Positions 14,177 to 28,241 of a DNA stretch of 64,000 nucleotides are shown piece after piece. The notes beneath the pieces were generated by a model, which saw nothing but the letters and a program-made list of their open reading frames with translations, did no database searches and was not told where the DNA came from. Position numbers and translations under genes: made by a program. Numbering within the stretch: position 1 is the first letter of the stretch; each line of letters starts with the position of its first letter. The DNA comes from Eledone cirrhosa. Its lineage: Eukaryota. The stretch covers positions 62,310,001 to 62,374,000 of the forward strand of contig OZ024747.1 of assembly GCA_964016885.1 (NCBI GenBank). Direction: 5' to 3'.

Positions 14177-14425
14177 CACACACATACATACATATATACA
14201 TAATACATACATACATATATACATAATACATACATACATGCATACATACATACATACATACATACATAATACATACATACATACATACATATATGCATAC
14301 ATACATACATATACACACATATACATACATACATTAATATATACATATATATATACATACATACATATATACATACATACATACATACATATACACACAC
14401 ACATATATACATACATATATACATA
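13425..14425. repeat. (TACA/TA/CA)n compound microsatellite
   Basis: Direct reading. Confidence 0.85.
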
Positions 14426-14777
14426 TCTAAATATAATACAAATGCGAGATAATGAAAAAAAAATTCAACATTTTATGAATCCATTTAATAGGATTAAATT
14501 TAAAAAAAAAAAACAAAAAAAAAAAAACAACAATAAAAAAACAACAAAAATATCCTCGCCACCACCCCACCACCCGCACCAATATTCTCTTTTGTGTTGT
14601 TGTCGCCTCAGTAACTGAACAAATTTTCTGTGATGTTCCACTTGAAATAAGTCGGCTGGCTACGGTCCATTAATCTTAGTTTATGCAAACAGAGTTTCTC
14701 ATTGAAGACCTCATTAGCGAGACCGAAATGAAGAGGAATAAATTTACATATGGAAATTGGTTAAGATATTTGTACAG

Positions 14778-14830
<53 letters not shown>

Positions 14831-14834
<4 letters not shown>

Positions 14835-15038
14835 AAAAGAGTCAGGACCCCGACGGCTGAACTCCGGCCGTTTCGACAGCTAGTTCTGAACTAACGCCGT
14901 TAGTTCAGAACTAGCTGTCGAAACGGCCGGAGCTCAGCCGTCGGGGTCCTGACTCTTCCTATTATCCACTCTACTACCCAAAGTATCGAGTACTCTGGTG
15001 CGTTATGGTCCACCTTGTTCCTTACCACACTTCCTTCG

Positions 15039-15040
<2 letters not shown>
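14831..15040 (+). mobile_element. Fold-back element family A (putative 5'-truncated PLE pseudo-LTR with inverted duplication)
   Basis: About 65-bp arms around apex 14897, then a unique tail ...tactctggtgcgttatggtccacc...ccacacttccttcgtt. Flanked by (TA)n and (AC)n. Homologs at 27728, 58915 and 59637. Confidence 0.65.
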
Positions 15041-15107
<67 letters not shown>

Positions 15108-16109
15108 CGCTCCGTCGTTTTCGACGATGAACATTCAATCGTTCATTGTTTGATCAACAGATTGTCCAACTCGTGAAGTAGTATGTAAGCGATTGAGTGT
15201 TCTACAGACGTGTCCCCTTAATGGAATTCCGAAGAAACCGAACGAACATGACGTAATTTGTGACCTTTGAAATTTAGATACCATTCATACCAATCTTGTG
15301 TTATAGTGTAAGTGGTTGAGTATTTTTAACAGACATATGTAACCCCTAACGGAATTTCGAGGATAAAACAACGTGACACATTATACAGAGTAAGCATAAT
15401 GTCTTTCCATGATTATAAACCTTTATTAAGCAAAACTTAAACAAGACAGAAAAACTGGTTTAAACGAGAAAATGTAAGACATGTTGAAAAAAACTTTAAA
15501 AACTTGAAATTTATAAATTGAAATAATAAAAAAGTAAAATCTCAAATAGTATCCGAGATATGGTATTTTATAACCAGGGAAAGATTTTATACTCATCCTG
15601 TATAATAAGGTTAGACCTTTGAATTATAGGTACCGTCCATGCAACGGACTACCAAACAGTCTCTCTAACTAAATTCACTATTTAGACATGGAGAAAAGGG
15701 CAATGCTGGTGACACTCTCCAAAGAAAAGGGCAATGTTGGTGACACTCTCCAAGGTCTCCAGAACTGGTAATTGAAGGGGTGGAGTGGTAGGGAGAAGAA
15801 GAAGAAGAAGAAGGTATCCTCGAACCAGAGACCTGGTGCAAATGCTTGCAATAGACACCAAAAGACAACGTAGAGTTGTTAAACTGAGTGATAAACCAAT
15901 TATACCGCCCAAGTAGGTATAGTTTACAGTGAGATTGAACCCAGAATACAAAGAGCTGATGTTCTAACAATTATAACCCCCTCCATGGAATGATACTTTA
16001 TTTTACCAACCCTGATATTAGCGGGATTTGATCTTAGAATGTAGAGTTTCGGAAGAAATACTGCAAAGCATTTTGTCCCACACTCAATTCGCTCCGTAAT
16101 ACAGCTATT

Positions 16110-16722
16110 ATAATAACTTTTAATTTAGACAAACGGGGCAATAATTTTGAAGGAGGGGAATGTCGATCCTAGTATGTAACAAGCACTTTATTTATCGACC
16201 CCGGAAGCATTTATAGGCAAAGTTGACATTGGTGGGATTTGAACCCAGAATAAATACGTTTTAACGATTCGACCAATACACTGCCCTTAAATCCAGCCAA
16301 TATTATAATCTCTAATTTAAGCACACAGCCAGTAAATAGAGGCTAGGGGAAGACGATTATATCAACCTCAGTACTTAACTGGTACTTTATTTTATCAACT
16401 CCGGAAGTATGAATGGCAAAGTTAACCTTGACGGGATTTGAGCTCAGAACGTAGAAAGTCGTAACTAAACACCTCAAAGTATTTTGTCCGACACTCTACT
16501 GATTCTACCAATCCACCGCCTTCATCTAGCCAATATAATGATTTCTGATTTAGGCACATGGTCAACAATCGACCCCAGTACGTTATTGGTACTTTATTTT
16601 ATCGTAAGGATGAAAGGCAAAGCTAACCTCAGCGGGATTTGAACTCAAACCGAAAGGGCCGTAACTCTATGCTGCAAAGCATGGTGTCCGACGATCTACC
16701 TATACTGCCAACTCACCGCCTT
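16110..16722 (-). mobile_element. Three tandem SINE family-1 copies separated by a recurring AT(C/T)(C/T)AGCCAATAT spacer
   Basis: Spacer at 16291, 16524 and 16724. Confidence 0.8.
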
Positions 16723-17363
16723 CATTCAGCCAATATAACGACTACAAATAACAAATAACCAACAGAAGTCTTATCAGAAAACAATGTTTACTATAAATAC
16801 TTTTACGTTAGTTTCTGGTATTATTAAACATATATGAGATAGTGTTACTGTTTATCATATCTGTCGGCCTACAGCCAGTCGTTTATCTTTCTTTCATTCA
16901 TAAAATATCCAACCATTGGTGCAATAGAATATTACGTGGACGACTAATAGGATCAATTTCAATGATAGTATATAACATTAAATTCAGATCATTCTCAAGA
17001 TATTGTAAATAACTTATCTAAATATGACAGCTAACCTATCTGGAAGAGAGATTTTATTGTACGATATGAATAACATTCATTACACAAGAAAGAAATTATA
17101 TTTTAGTTGCAAAACCTCCAATTAAACATTCATATATGAAACCAGAATCTTATGATAGAATATTTCTATAATGGTTTTGTTTAATATAACGTCTTCCAAT
17201 TTTGTTTATCATCGAACAACACTGACTATAAGTAAAAGTCTATGATAGTATCTAAAGCTATGATGGCCATACATAAAACGTGAGAAGCTAAACAAAATAA
17301 TACTTTCTGGTTTAGGCACAAGGCCAGGCCAACAATTTTGGAGGAGGGGTAAGTCGATTAGAT

Positions 17364-17889
17364 CGATCCCAGTGCGTGACTGGTACTTTATTTTATTGAG
17401 CCCAGTACGTCATTGGTACTTTATTTTATCGACCCCAGTGCGTGACTGGTACTTTATTTTATCGACCCCAGTACGTCATTGGTACTTTATTTTATCGACC
17501 CCAGTGCGTGACTGGTACTTTATTTTATCGACCCCAGTACGTCATTGGTACTTTATTTTATCGACCCCAGTGCGTGACTGGTACTTTATTTTATCGACTC
17601 CAGTATGTCATTGGTACTTTATTTTATCGACCCCAGTGCGTGACTGGTACTTTATTTTATCGACCCAGTGCGTGACTGGTACTTTATTTTATCGACCCCA
17701 GTGCGTCATTGGTACTTTATTTCATCGACCCAGTGTATGACTGGTTCTTTATTTTATCGACTCCAGCGCGTGACTGGTACTTTATTCTATCGACCCCAGC
17801 GCGTGACTGGTACTTTATTCGATTGACCCCAGTGCGTGACTGGTACTTTATTTTATCGACCCCAGTGCGTCATTGGTACTTTATTTTAT
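17364..17889. repeat. 33-bp tandem array, about 16 units, derived from the SINE family-1 core
   Basis: Unit CGACCCCAGT(GCGTGAC/ACGTCAT)TGGTACTTTATTTTAT, preceded by the SINE tail ggcacaaggccag...aagtcgatta. Confidence 0.92.
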
Positions 17890-18394
17890 TATATTATATA
17901 TACTGGTACATGTGTATATGGTTATGTGTATATGTGTATTTTGTGTTTGTGTGTATATGCGTGTTTGCACGTATGCAAGGTGTGTATATGTGTACTTTGT
18001 GTTTTGGTTGACGTACGTTAAGTGAACATATGTGTATTTTACCTGTAGGTATGTGTGTGCGTGCGTTATATACGTATTTATGTGTGTATATTTATATACG
18101 TTTATATAATTATATGTATACACACACACACACACATACATATATATATTTTTTTAATGTGTATTTGGTGTATACGTTCGTATGTGTTCGGGTACAGGTG
18201 CCGTGCGGGTGTATGTATGTTTGCGCGTGTTTATGTGTACGTACTTGTATTTGCATGCATGGCGGGTATTTTCGCGTGTGCATGTGTATGTACGTATATG
18301 AATGCTTGTATGTGTATATTTAATTATTGTTGAATTCAATAACCTCTTTCATTTTCGTTCCACTAATTTATTTATATTATTCTTAACTCTGAAG

Positions 18395-18581
18395 GGTGGT
18401 GGATTGGCAGTATCAGTAGAGGGTCGGACGCCATGCTTTGACGCATAGAGTTACGGCCCTTGCTATTCTGAGTTCAAATCCCGCCGAGGTTAACTTTGCC
18501 TTTCATCCTTACGGGGTCGATAAAATAAAGTACCAGTAATGCACTGGAATAATTGCTGGCCTTGTGCCAAAAGTAGAAGCA
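18395..18581 (+). mobile_element. SINE family 1, full length with 19-bp TSD
   Basis: TSD ATTATTCTTAACTCTGAAG at 18376-18394 and 18582-18600. A and B boxes intact. Confidence 0.92.
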
Positions 18582-18844
18582 ATTATTCTTAACTCTGAAG
18601 CCGATAATCATTCGGTCTCCTAAATATTCATATTAGTCTACAACTTCATTTATACCATAAACGTCGTTTTGTCTTTGCGTGTAATTGTTCTCACGCTCCA
18701 CATAATGACGTATTATCTTCGCCTTTTCCCCTTCATTGCCAGGGAACGTCTTCACGAACCAAAGTATCGTCTTCCTGTTTTCCTTCGGTTGCAACGTTTT
18801 TCCGAAATATTTACTTCTGCGTTCACAGATTGATTTTTTTAGTT

Positions 18845-18912
18845 TCAGAAGATCCCGTTACGGGTGAAAGTAGCGAGTCTTTGCTTAAACTTTAATCTGT
18901 TATTTTAATAAA
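18845..18912 (+). repeat. Dispersed repeat ending in (TA)n, with a hammerhead-like but non-canonical core
   Basis: CAGAAGA-tcccgttacgggt-GAAA; second copy at 21407-21476. Confidence 0.5.
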
Positions 18913-18941
18913 TATATATATATATATATATATATATTGTT

Positions 18942-18972
<31 letters not shown>

Positions 18973-20095
18973 AGCTCAAATATATATATAGAATTATACA
19001 CATGTACACATACAGAGACAGACATACACACATACACACACATGTATGTATATATATATATGTATGTATTTGTGCGTGCATGTATGTATGTATGTATGTA
19101 TGTATGTATGTATGTGTGTATGTGTGTATGTGTATGTATGTATGAATGCATGCATGCATGAATTTATGAAAGTACATACGTGCGTATATATGTATGCATA
19201 TTTGTGTGTATGTATGTATGTATGACTAAATGCATGCAAGTACATACCTGCGTATATATGTATATATGTATGTATTTATTTATCTGTGTATCTATGTACG
19301 AATGAATGCATATACGTATATATTTAGTTATGTATGAAAGTGAGCAAATATGTATGAATACAAGTACACATGTACACATGTGTACAAGTACACATGTAAG
19401 CATGTATTTATCTATATTCATGTATATATACATGTTCATTGTATATAAATATGGTGAAGAACCAGGCGAGACTTAAGTAATATTATGTTCAGATTATTAC
19501 AAGAATTCTGTCACAATCAATTCTGATTTGACATGCAATGTTTTAACGAGATATATAAATTTCCAATTAGAGCCATGTCAATGTTATGTAGTCTGTTATA
19601 AAATTAGCTATTCCAGCCTGTCAAAGACCTATCATTAATACATCTCTTGCCTACTAAAAATCAATCAATGAATTTATTTGGAAGCTAATGCACCGATTAA
19701 ATAAAATCCATCGCCATTAATTTCTTCCACGTTTCCATTTTCACATGCCATATACAATCTGCTTAATTCTTTTTGGCACCCAAATTATTAGTTAGACGAA
19801 TAAATTAGGTTATGATTTTGGCAGAACTAACACCTCTTTTCATTACTAGTAATTTGAGAACAACGAAGAGAGGAGAAGCGGTAGAGTGTCTGACTAGAGT
19901 GTTTATTAACCTTTCTGTACAGTTAAGATTTTATCAGGGTTGACTTTACGTTTCAAGGTCGATGAAATCGCTGCAAGTACATAGTCGTATCGATTTAATG
20001 AGCTATATGCACTTCTAATTTAACCGTCAGTAGCCTTGTGTGAATATAACAATTTAGTACTTTTAAGCTGGAACTTTTGTTTTAGGTATAAATTA

Positions 20096-20178
20096 TTAGG
20101 TCGTCAAGTATGAAATTTGTAGAAACTTGTTGAAAAAAAAACAACAAATTTCTACAAATTTCATACTTGACGGACCAA
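20096..20178. mobile_element. About 80-bp mariner-type MITE
   Basis: TIRs TTAGGTCGTCAAGTATGAAATTTGTAG, TA on both sides; second copy at 43311-43391. Confidence 0.8.
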
Positions 20179-20554
20179 TATAATAAACTCAATGTGCATA
20201 AGCATGAAAAACGTTTATGTTTCATAAAATAGGATTTAATAAATTCAAGTACGTCTAAGTTTTTTATATCTCTGGTATTAATAAACTAACTCAAATATAC
20301 TGGTTTGACTTGTTTTATTTTAATTATCTTACATGTAGAATTTATCAAAAGATAGGAACTAGCAGCCTTTCTTGAAAGTTTTACAGCATCAATGGAAAGA
20401 CTCAATCAAAATTCCAGTTGAAACAATAAACCCATTATGTATGTATCCGTAACTCCTGATAGAATTTTGGGCGTTTAATACCTGGCAGAGTTTATCTCTT
20501 TCCATGTCTGAACACAGCTTATTTCGTCCAGAGAAGGAGAGAGAGAGGGGGGGT

Positions 20555-20685
<131 letters not shown>

Positions 20686-21331
20686 TGAGAGAGAGAAAAG
20701 GAGAGACAGAGAAGACAAATCAACCCCAGAACTGGGCTGGTATTTTATTTATCGACCTTGAAATGACGAAAGACACCGTTTATCTCGACAGGATTTGAAC
20801 TCAGACCACAGAAAGCCAGAACAACTAATAGTCCTTGACTCCCACTTTTCTTCTCATTTATGGTATTTATAGTCCTTTCCTCTACTTCCCTATACACCCA
20901 GATCTGTCCTTTTTACCCCCTCCCTCCTGTTCATTACTTAATTTTGTTTAAAATCTTTTTTTAATACTTGCATCATTGTATAACTTCTATCTGTAAAATA
21001 TAGTTGACATAATTTGTTTATTGATTAGATAAAATAAATAGTTATGAAAACTATCACAAAGAATTCTATCGGACATTCTAACGACTGCCAAATTCATAAG
21101 CCACAAAGTTATTATACAACACAAATATATTACTGTGTGTTTAAATGGAGCGTTGTTCAACGGTTTAACAGTGATTATTGTATTATTATCGTAGAGTATG
21201 TTCTTAGTTTCTATTAGGCTTACAATCATCGCCCGATTTAGCATCAAAACCTCGCCTGTAGGTGGTTTTGTAACAGGATTCGGACCTGGTGTGCAACGTC
21301 AGTTGTCCGTGGGGGGGGGGGGGTAATGATA

Positions 21332-21376
<45 letters not shown>

Positions 21377-21471
21377 ATAATAATAAATTTGAAGACTAAA
21401 ATCCAAAGAAGATCCCGTTAAGGATGAAAGCAGCGATTCTTTGCTTAAACTTTAATCTGTTATTTTAATAA

Positions 21472-21507
<36 letters not shown>

Positions 21508-21536
21508 CATATATTTCCTTACTATGTAGATTAATA

Positions 21537-21724
21537 ACTGTTTCTACTTTAGGCACAAGGCCAGCAATTATCCTAGTACATTACTGGTACTTTATTTTAT
21601 CGACCCCGTAAGGATGAAAGGCAAAGTTAACCTCGGCGGGATTTTAACTCAGACCGTAAAGGGCCGTAACTCTATGCCGCAAAGCATGACGCCCGACCCT
21701 CTACTGATACTGCCAATCCACCAT
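21537..21724 (-). mobile_element. SINE family 1
   Basis: Full head, core and tail on the minus strand. Confidence 0.88.
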
Positions 21725-22149
21725 TGGTGTACCAGATGACTAATTGCTATGGCCTGTCGTAATTGGCCTATCATGAAATATCAATCACGAAATCCTAAGA
21801 TATGAAAACCCGACCTAAGTTAAAACACTGGTTTGAGAATACGTTGGTCCTTCCACCGGAGAGATTTGAACTCAGAACAGATGGGAAGGTTTATGCTATT
21901 AACCTTGAATGTTCAATGAAAAAGAAATTGTTCAGTACTCTGTCAATTCTGATAATCTCCAATATTTTGTGATTTATGATAATTGTGATAGAAAATAAGA
22001 GAAAAGTAGTCAATGTACATTTGTGTTAGAGGTGAATAGATTCTATAACATGTTCATTCGAATATGAGCTAAACGTGAATGCATAATTATCTGGACTATA
22101 CACACACACACGCACACATATTTATGTACATACACACACACACACACAT

Positions 22150-22171
22150 ATATATATATACATATATTTCC

Positions 22172-22216
<45 letters not shown>

Positions 22217-22254
22217 TATATAAATATACATATATGGATATATACATATATTCC

Positions 22255-22289
<35 letters not shown>

Positions 22290-22327
22290 TATATAAATAT
22301 ACATATATGGATATATACATATATTCC

Positions 22328-22364
<37 letters not shown>

Positions 22365-22368
22365 TTCC

Positions 22369-22411
<43 letters not shown>

Positions 22412-22413
22412 CC

Positions 22414-22446
<33 letters not shown>

Positions 22447-22454
22447 TATACCCC

Positions 22455-22485
<31 letters not shown>

Positions 22486-22518
22486 CATACATATATTCCC
22501 CATATATATATATATTCC

Positions 22519-22557
<39 letters not shown>

Positions 22558-22584
22558 TTCCCCATATATATATATATATATTCC

Positions 22585-22622
<38 letters not shown>

Positions 22623-22727
22623 CCCATATATATATATATATTCCCCATATATATATATATATATATTCCCCATATATATATATATATATTCCCCATATAT
22701 ATATATATATATATATATATATTCCCC

Positions 22728-22800
<73 letters not shown>

Positions 22801-22804
22801 TTCC

Positions 22805-22857
<53 letters not shown>

Positions 22858-22861
22858 TTCC

Positions 22862-22906
<45 letters not shown>

Positions 22907-22980
22907 TATATATTCCCCATATATATATATATATATATATACATATATTCCCCATATATATATATATATACATATATTCC

Positions 22981-23069
<89 letters not shown>

Positions 23070-23110
23070 TATATACATACACACACATATATATATATAT
23101 ATATACATAT
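22150..23110. repeat. (TA)n array punctuated by TCCCCA
   Basis: TCCCCA recurs between variable-length TA runs. Confidence 0.9.
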
Positions 23111-24809
23111 ACAAATATGGTTATATACATATATACTCCCTCATATTTAAATATATATACATGCATGAGACAAAGACTGAAAAAAATGAGAATCGAGAGA
23201 AAGAATAATAAGGGAGAGTTTGTATGAATAATATTAACAATATAAAACAACGAAATGGATAGAACAGGCGAGATTTATGTATAAGATAGGGAGAAAAAAA
23301 ATAGTAAAGGAAACAATGAAAAAAACAATCAACAAATAAGAATGAGGAGAAAAGGAGATAGAGAGAAAGACGAAGGAGGGGTAAGAGTAGGAAGGATATT
23401 TAAATTAGAGTGGATGAAAAGGGGAACAGTTTAAGTGGAATAGAAAACGAAATGAGAGAAATATTCATAGTAAATAATGAGAAGGTAAGAGAGGAAACAA
23501 AGCGGTGATTTAGATACCGAAAAGTAAAGAAGACGATGAATGTAGAAAAAATTGGAGGAGAAAAGATGGCGACACAATTCTGAATAACTTCCTTTCATTT
23601 ACGACCCAAAGAAAAAACAAAAAGAAAAAAAAAAAACGAAGATTAAGCAAAAATATTGGAGCCAGGATTTTTGATTCAAATTACAAATGATAAAAGAGCG
23701 AGTAAAATGATATACGAAAATAGTTTTCGTGTGTGTGTGTGTGTGTGGTGTGCTAAAGCAAAGTTTATCAAAATGTAGGAAGCAAAAATATGATCTGGAT
23801 ATATCAAGAGAAATCTGCCATTACATGTAAAATTATTTCTCAGTTTATTCCAGTGTAAAAGGTAACTTTGTTTTATTGTTTTAAATTAATAAAGGGGAAA
23901 GATATCCAAACGGAACCTTTCTGGATTATTTTGTTTTTCTAGTATAAAAATGCTATATTTAGTTAATTATCAATTGTTATTTTATGCCATACAGACACAC
24001 GAAGAGCCAAGTTACTTGGTTTGATTTTGGTTTTGTTTCATCCCACAGTCTCTAAGATGTGAAGAGTCAGTCAGCCACAAACAAATAAATGTTATTAACA
24101 TCACAGCATGGCCTTAGTTCTGCACTTATGATTCTAAAACTGTTTCACTACAACCAGATACACGCATACATACACATATTTACACACACACACACACACA
24201 CACACACGTATATATTTATATATACATACTCATACAGACACATATACAAATACACACACATACACACATATTTACACACATATTCACACACATACAAACA
24301 CATATACAACCCCCCCATATATATATATTATATATACATACACTCATACAGACACATATACAAACACACACATACACACATATTTACACACATATTCACA
24401 CACATATATACAAACACACACACACACACACATATACAAACGCACACACACACATATTTATATATACATACACACATACAGACACATATACAAACACACA
24501 CACATACACACATATTCACACACATACACATATATACACACATACAGACACATATACAAACACACACGCATATACACATATTTACACACATATTCACACA
24601 CATACACATATATATATACACACACATATACAAACACATCGGGAGTCGAACACAACCACTAGGACATGTGACTTCACTGGTTATAAATGTGACAATAGGG
24701 TTGATGGAAAATACACAAGGGGTGCGAGCAACATACTAAATATGCATATAGTAGAGTCATAAATATCTAATATAGTAAGTTGAAAAATCTGTTACCAAAT
24801 AAGGTGGAT

Positions 24810-24856
24810 AAGCTTCACTGATGAGATCTAACAAGGTAGAAACATGTCCGTTGCTT
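24810..24856 (+). ncRNA. Minimal type-I hammerhead ribozyme (PLE type)
   Basis: CTGATGA g atct-aaca-aggt a GAAA CATG TC. Palindromic stem III ACATGT; stem I partly decayed (aagc/gctt). Confidence 0.6.
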
Positions 24857-25144
24857 ACACCAGTTAGTTAGATATAAAAAAAATCGATTCGTAACTGCAT
24901 TGTCTTTCGTTTTAAATATTTCTGTTATCTGATACTGTTCGAGTATTGCTTGTCCGTTTTCTTATCTGTTTTCTTAACTAGTTTGCGCCATTCAACGGCG
25001 GTCATGGTGATTCTACTTACAAAGCATTGGTCCAGAGTAGTACTAGAGGACGTTCACTCAAGGAACCATGGAAACGAATAGTTACAAAGCGGACTTTTTA
25101 AATACATGGATATATATACAAATATATATATATATATATATATA

Positions 25145-25510
25145 TAAATGTAAGTATGTATACGTACATACATATATGTATACAGACGTACAGTAGTATG
25201 TATATACATACATACATGCACACATATGGGTTTACCGAACATTTATTATAATGCTCGGTTTGTTTTAAACAACCGTTAATATGAATAAGAAAAGTATATA
25301 CTTTCAAACGTTTAATCAACTGACAGGATGCTGATGACAGCTAATACGGTGCTGATGACAGCTAATAAGCTAGAAACTAGTTCATCGTTCCTTTGTTCGG
25401 TAAACTCATACGTACATATATATATATGTGTACATGTATGTATATATATATACATACTACTGTACGTCTGTACACATATATGTATGTACGTATACATACT
25501 TATATTTAAG
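25145..25510 (+). mobile_element. PLE-like remnant with inverted arms (25145-25241 and 25395-25508)
   Basis: The left arm is the reverse complement of the sequence downstream of the hammerhead at 25346. Confidence 0.6.
25346..25388 (+). ncRNA. Minimal type-I hammerhead ribozyme
   Basis: acggtg CTGATGA c agct-aata-agct a GAAA CTAG TT catcgt. 6-bp stem I, 4-bp stem II, palindrome ACTAGT. Confidence 0.78.
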
Positions 25511-25556
25511 TATCAGCCGTACTAAGAGTGAGAAATGAAATTTCATTTTTTCCATT

Positions 25557-25587
<31 letters not shown>

Positions 25588-25588
25588 C

Positions 25589-25768
25589 AAATGGCTTATA
25601 CAGGACTAGAACTTTTTCATTCGAAGGAAATCATCAGGATGATTATGATTTCCTTCGAATGAAATAGTTCTAGTCCTGTAGAAGCCATTCTATATTAAAC
25701 ATTTATACTCTGGTATGTATTGAGTACCTTACTTACTGTGGTTACCCCCGATTGAACCTGGGACACAC
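25589..25768 (+). mobile_element. Fold-back element family B (PLE-like)
   Basis: Inverted arms aaatggctt.tacaggactagaac / gttctagtcctgtagaagccatt. The left arm reads CTGATGA-tttccttcgaat-GAAA on the minus strand. Tail ttactgtggttacccccgattgaacc. Homologs at 27531 and 45101. Confidence 0.65.
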
Positions 25769-25863
25769 ATATATTTTTTTTATACATATGTGTACGTGTG
25801 TGTGTATGTATATATATATAAATGTATACATATGTATGTACGTGTGTATATATACATACATAA

Positions 25864-25922
<59 letters not shown>

Positions 25923-27299
25923 CATATATATATATATATGTATATAAACAATGCCCCCTCGTAAAATAATTCCAAAGAAAATATTTTGTTAGTCACAGAC
26001 GAACAAAATAAAACAAGTAAGATTTTATTAGCTTTGATAAGGTTTGGGGAAGTGATGTGTATGTAAGGAAATATTTCCACTTTTAACAAAAGTCCCGCAG
26101 GCTGATAATTTTCAGCTATTGTTAAGACCAACTTTGATACAGATAAATTCCCTCTATTATTTCTTAACTCTTTGATAAGAATATTGTAATTTTATTTTAT
26201 TCTATATTATTTTTTTTCCCCATTTTATCTTGTTACATACTCGTTGTATAATCAAGCGAAAATTTATTCTATTCTCCTGGTAGATTTGAGATAAAATGTT
26301 AAGTATACACTCTGCAGCTAAACGATTTTATTGTATGTAGTTTTAATTTGTATTTTTCTTATGACTGAAGTAGGAAATATTTGTTCTAAATATAACCTAC
26401 CTCCAGCGATATTCTGGTTATCTAACTCTCTTTAATATATTCAGACAACGAACATTTTTATTTATTTTACGTATTTATATATTTTAATTCTTTTGTTTCA
26501 CGATTCTATTGATTTCCACCAAAGTTAAAACACATTCAGCCTTTTAAAAAAAGGCATTTAGTTGCATAATGTTGTGAAGAATATATAATTATATTTATTT
26601 ATTTAAAAATTAGTCTCACTGTTTATTTGTTTATTATTTGAAACTGTACTTCGTAGAACAGTTGTCTTCAACCATAGGTTGGTCTACCAAGGCAGTACAT
26701 GGCGTCTGAGAGCTAAGTTCAAAATTCGAAATACTTTGTTAAAAACATACCCTACAAATGCACTATTGAATGTCTATTTTCTTTCAGTATAGACATTCCC
26801 CTCTTTCAATTGTTATTCTCACTGTACAACAACTTCAAGTAGTTTGTTAAAAACAATATGTACACACTATAGGATATTTAGACTTCTCTATGTATAAACA
26901 TTTCTGTCTTGTCAGTGCTTCATTGCTTTTTGATATTATTTCCTTTTATTTTTATGAGAGTCTCTAACAGTTGCCACTATAAGTTAAGTTCAATATTTCA
27001 AGTACGTTGAAACTTGATATAAACACGTTAGTATCCATTCTTCTTTAAGTGTAAACTTTTCTCTTTCCATTGATATTGTTTCTCCATTTAACAATTTGGA
27101 ATTGTAGCCTGAGTGTTGGAAAGCTCATATATATAAAAGGAGGGAGGAGGTCCTTGGTAGGGATATATAGTGAACACCACTACACAACCATATTAAATAA
27201 AGAAGCACACATTACATGAAGTAGTTATAACAATCTGGGAGCGGAGTACCTATGGTTGGGGGGGCGTAGGGAAATCTGTTTGAATAAAAAAGGTCCTTA

Positions 27300-27465
27300 A
27301 TGAGTCTTGTTAATCTGGAGTTTCACCTGCGCAAATCACAGGATCATCAGATAAGGTTTATCTGATTATTCAGTGAGAGTACAGGTGAAATTCTTGAGTA
27401 ACGAGACTCACCACTTAGCCACAATAAAGAATATTTAAACTCTACTTCGGTATTGCGTATTATTT

Positions 27466-27467
<2 letters not shown>
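27300..27467 (+). mobile_element. Diverged fold-back element; both arms carry a decayed hammerhead
   Basis: Minus arm: ttat CTGATGA t cctgtg-atttg-cgcagg t GAAA. Plus arm: ttat CTGATTA...cagg t GAAA. Ends in (CA)n. Confidence 0.5.
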
Positions 27468-27530
<63 letters not shown>

Positions 27531-27534
<4 letters not shown>

Positions 27535-27716
27535 TTAATATAGAAATGCCTTCTACAAGTTTAGAAGTGTTTCATCCAGGAGAAATTATCAGCAAGCCCT
27601 GATGATTTCTCCCGTTCTAGTCCTGTAGAAGCCATTTCTATATTAAATATTTATATTCTGCTATGTATTGAGTACATTACTTACTGTGGTTACCCCCGAT
27701 TGAACCCGTGATAAAC
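27531..27716 (+). mobile_element. Fold-back element family B
   Basis: Homologous to 25589 and 45101; CTGATGA at 27599. Confidence 0.6.
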
Positions 27717-27727
27717 TTATATATATA

Positions 27728-27848
27728 GGAAAATGTTCAAGACCACGACGACAGAGCTCAAGCCGTTTCGAAGGCTATCTCTGGACAGCTATTTGTGTAC
27801 TCTGGGGCGTTATGGTCCACCTGGTTCCTTACCACACTTCCTTCGTTT
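27728..27848 (+). mobile_element. Fold-back element family A, internally deleted
   Basis: gacc.cgacg.cagagctcaagccgtttcg arm plus the same tail as 14990-15040, between TA runs. Confidence 0.6.
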
Positions 27849-28000
27849 ATATATATATATATATATATATGTAAAAGTTCTATGTAAATTGTTGGGATAC
27901 AACAAGCAAATATTTTTATAACTGATATAAAGCACTCAACAAATATTTGGAGTAAAAATACGATATTAACAAATGGAAACTATATTTATAAAACCATATT

Positions 28001-28065
28001 TATTTCATTATACATATTTCAAGGACACCAAGTTAAATTATGGTGTGATTTCATCAGATAAAATA
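28001..28065 (-). ncRNA. Minimal type-I hammerhead ribozyme (inverted copy)
   Basis: Reverse complement of 28177-28241 with one stem II change. Confidence 0.7.
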
Positions 28066-28176
28066 TAATATAGATCAGTTTTATAGATCAGTTTTGACTA
28101 TCCGGGAGCTTCCAACAGTAATGGTTGCATTTTTTAAGGGTATGTCAATATTTATTTATAAAACTGATCTATATTA

Positions 28177-28241
28177 TATTTTATCTGATGAAAGCACACC
28201 ATAATTTAACTTGGTGTCCTTGAAATATGTATAATGAAATA
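28177..28241 (+). ncRNA. Minimal type-I hammerhead ribozyme
   Basis: tattttat CTGATGA aagcacacca-loop-tggtgtcctt GAAA tatgta TA atgaaata; 8-bp stem I. Confidence 0.8.

Noticed and set aside
17364-17889. CRISPR-like 33-bp repeats
   Set aside because: No unique spacers, SINE-derived unit, eukaryotic context.
18395-18490. tRNA genes
   Set aside because: The A and B boxes belong to SINE heads; no cloverleaf.
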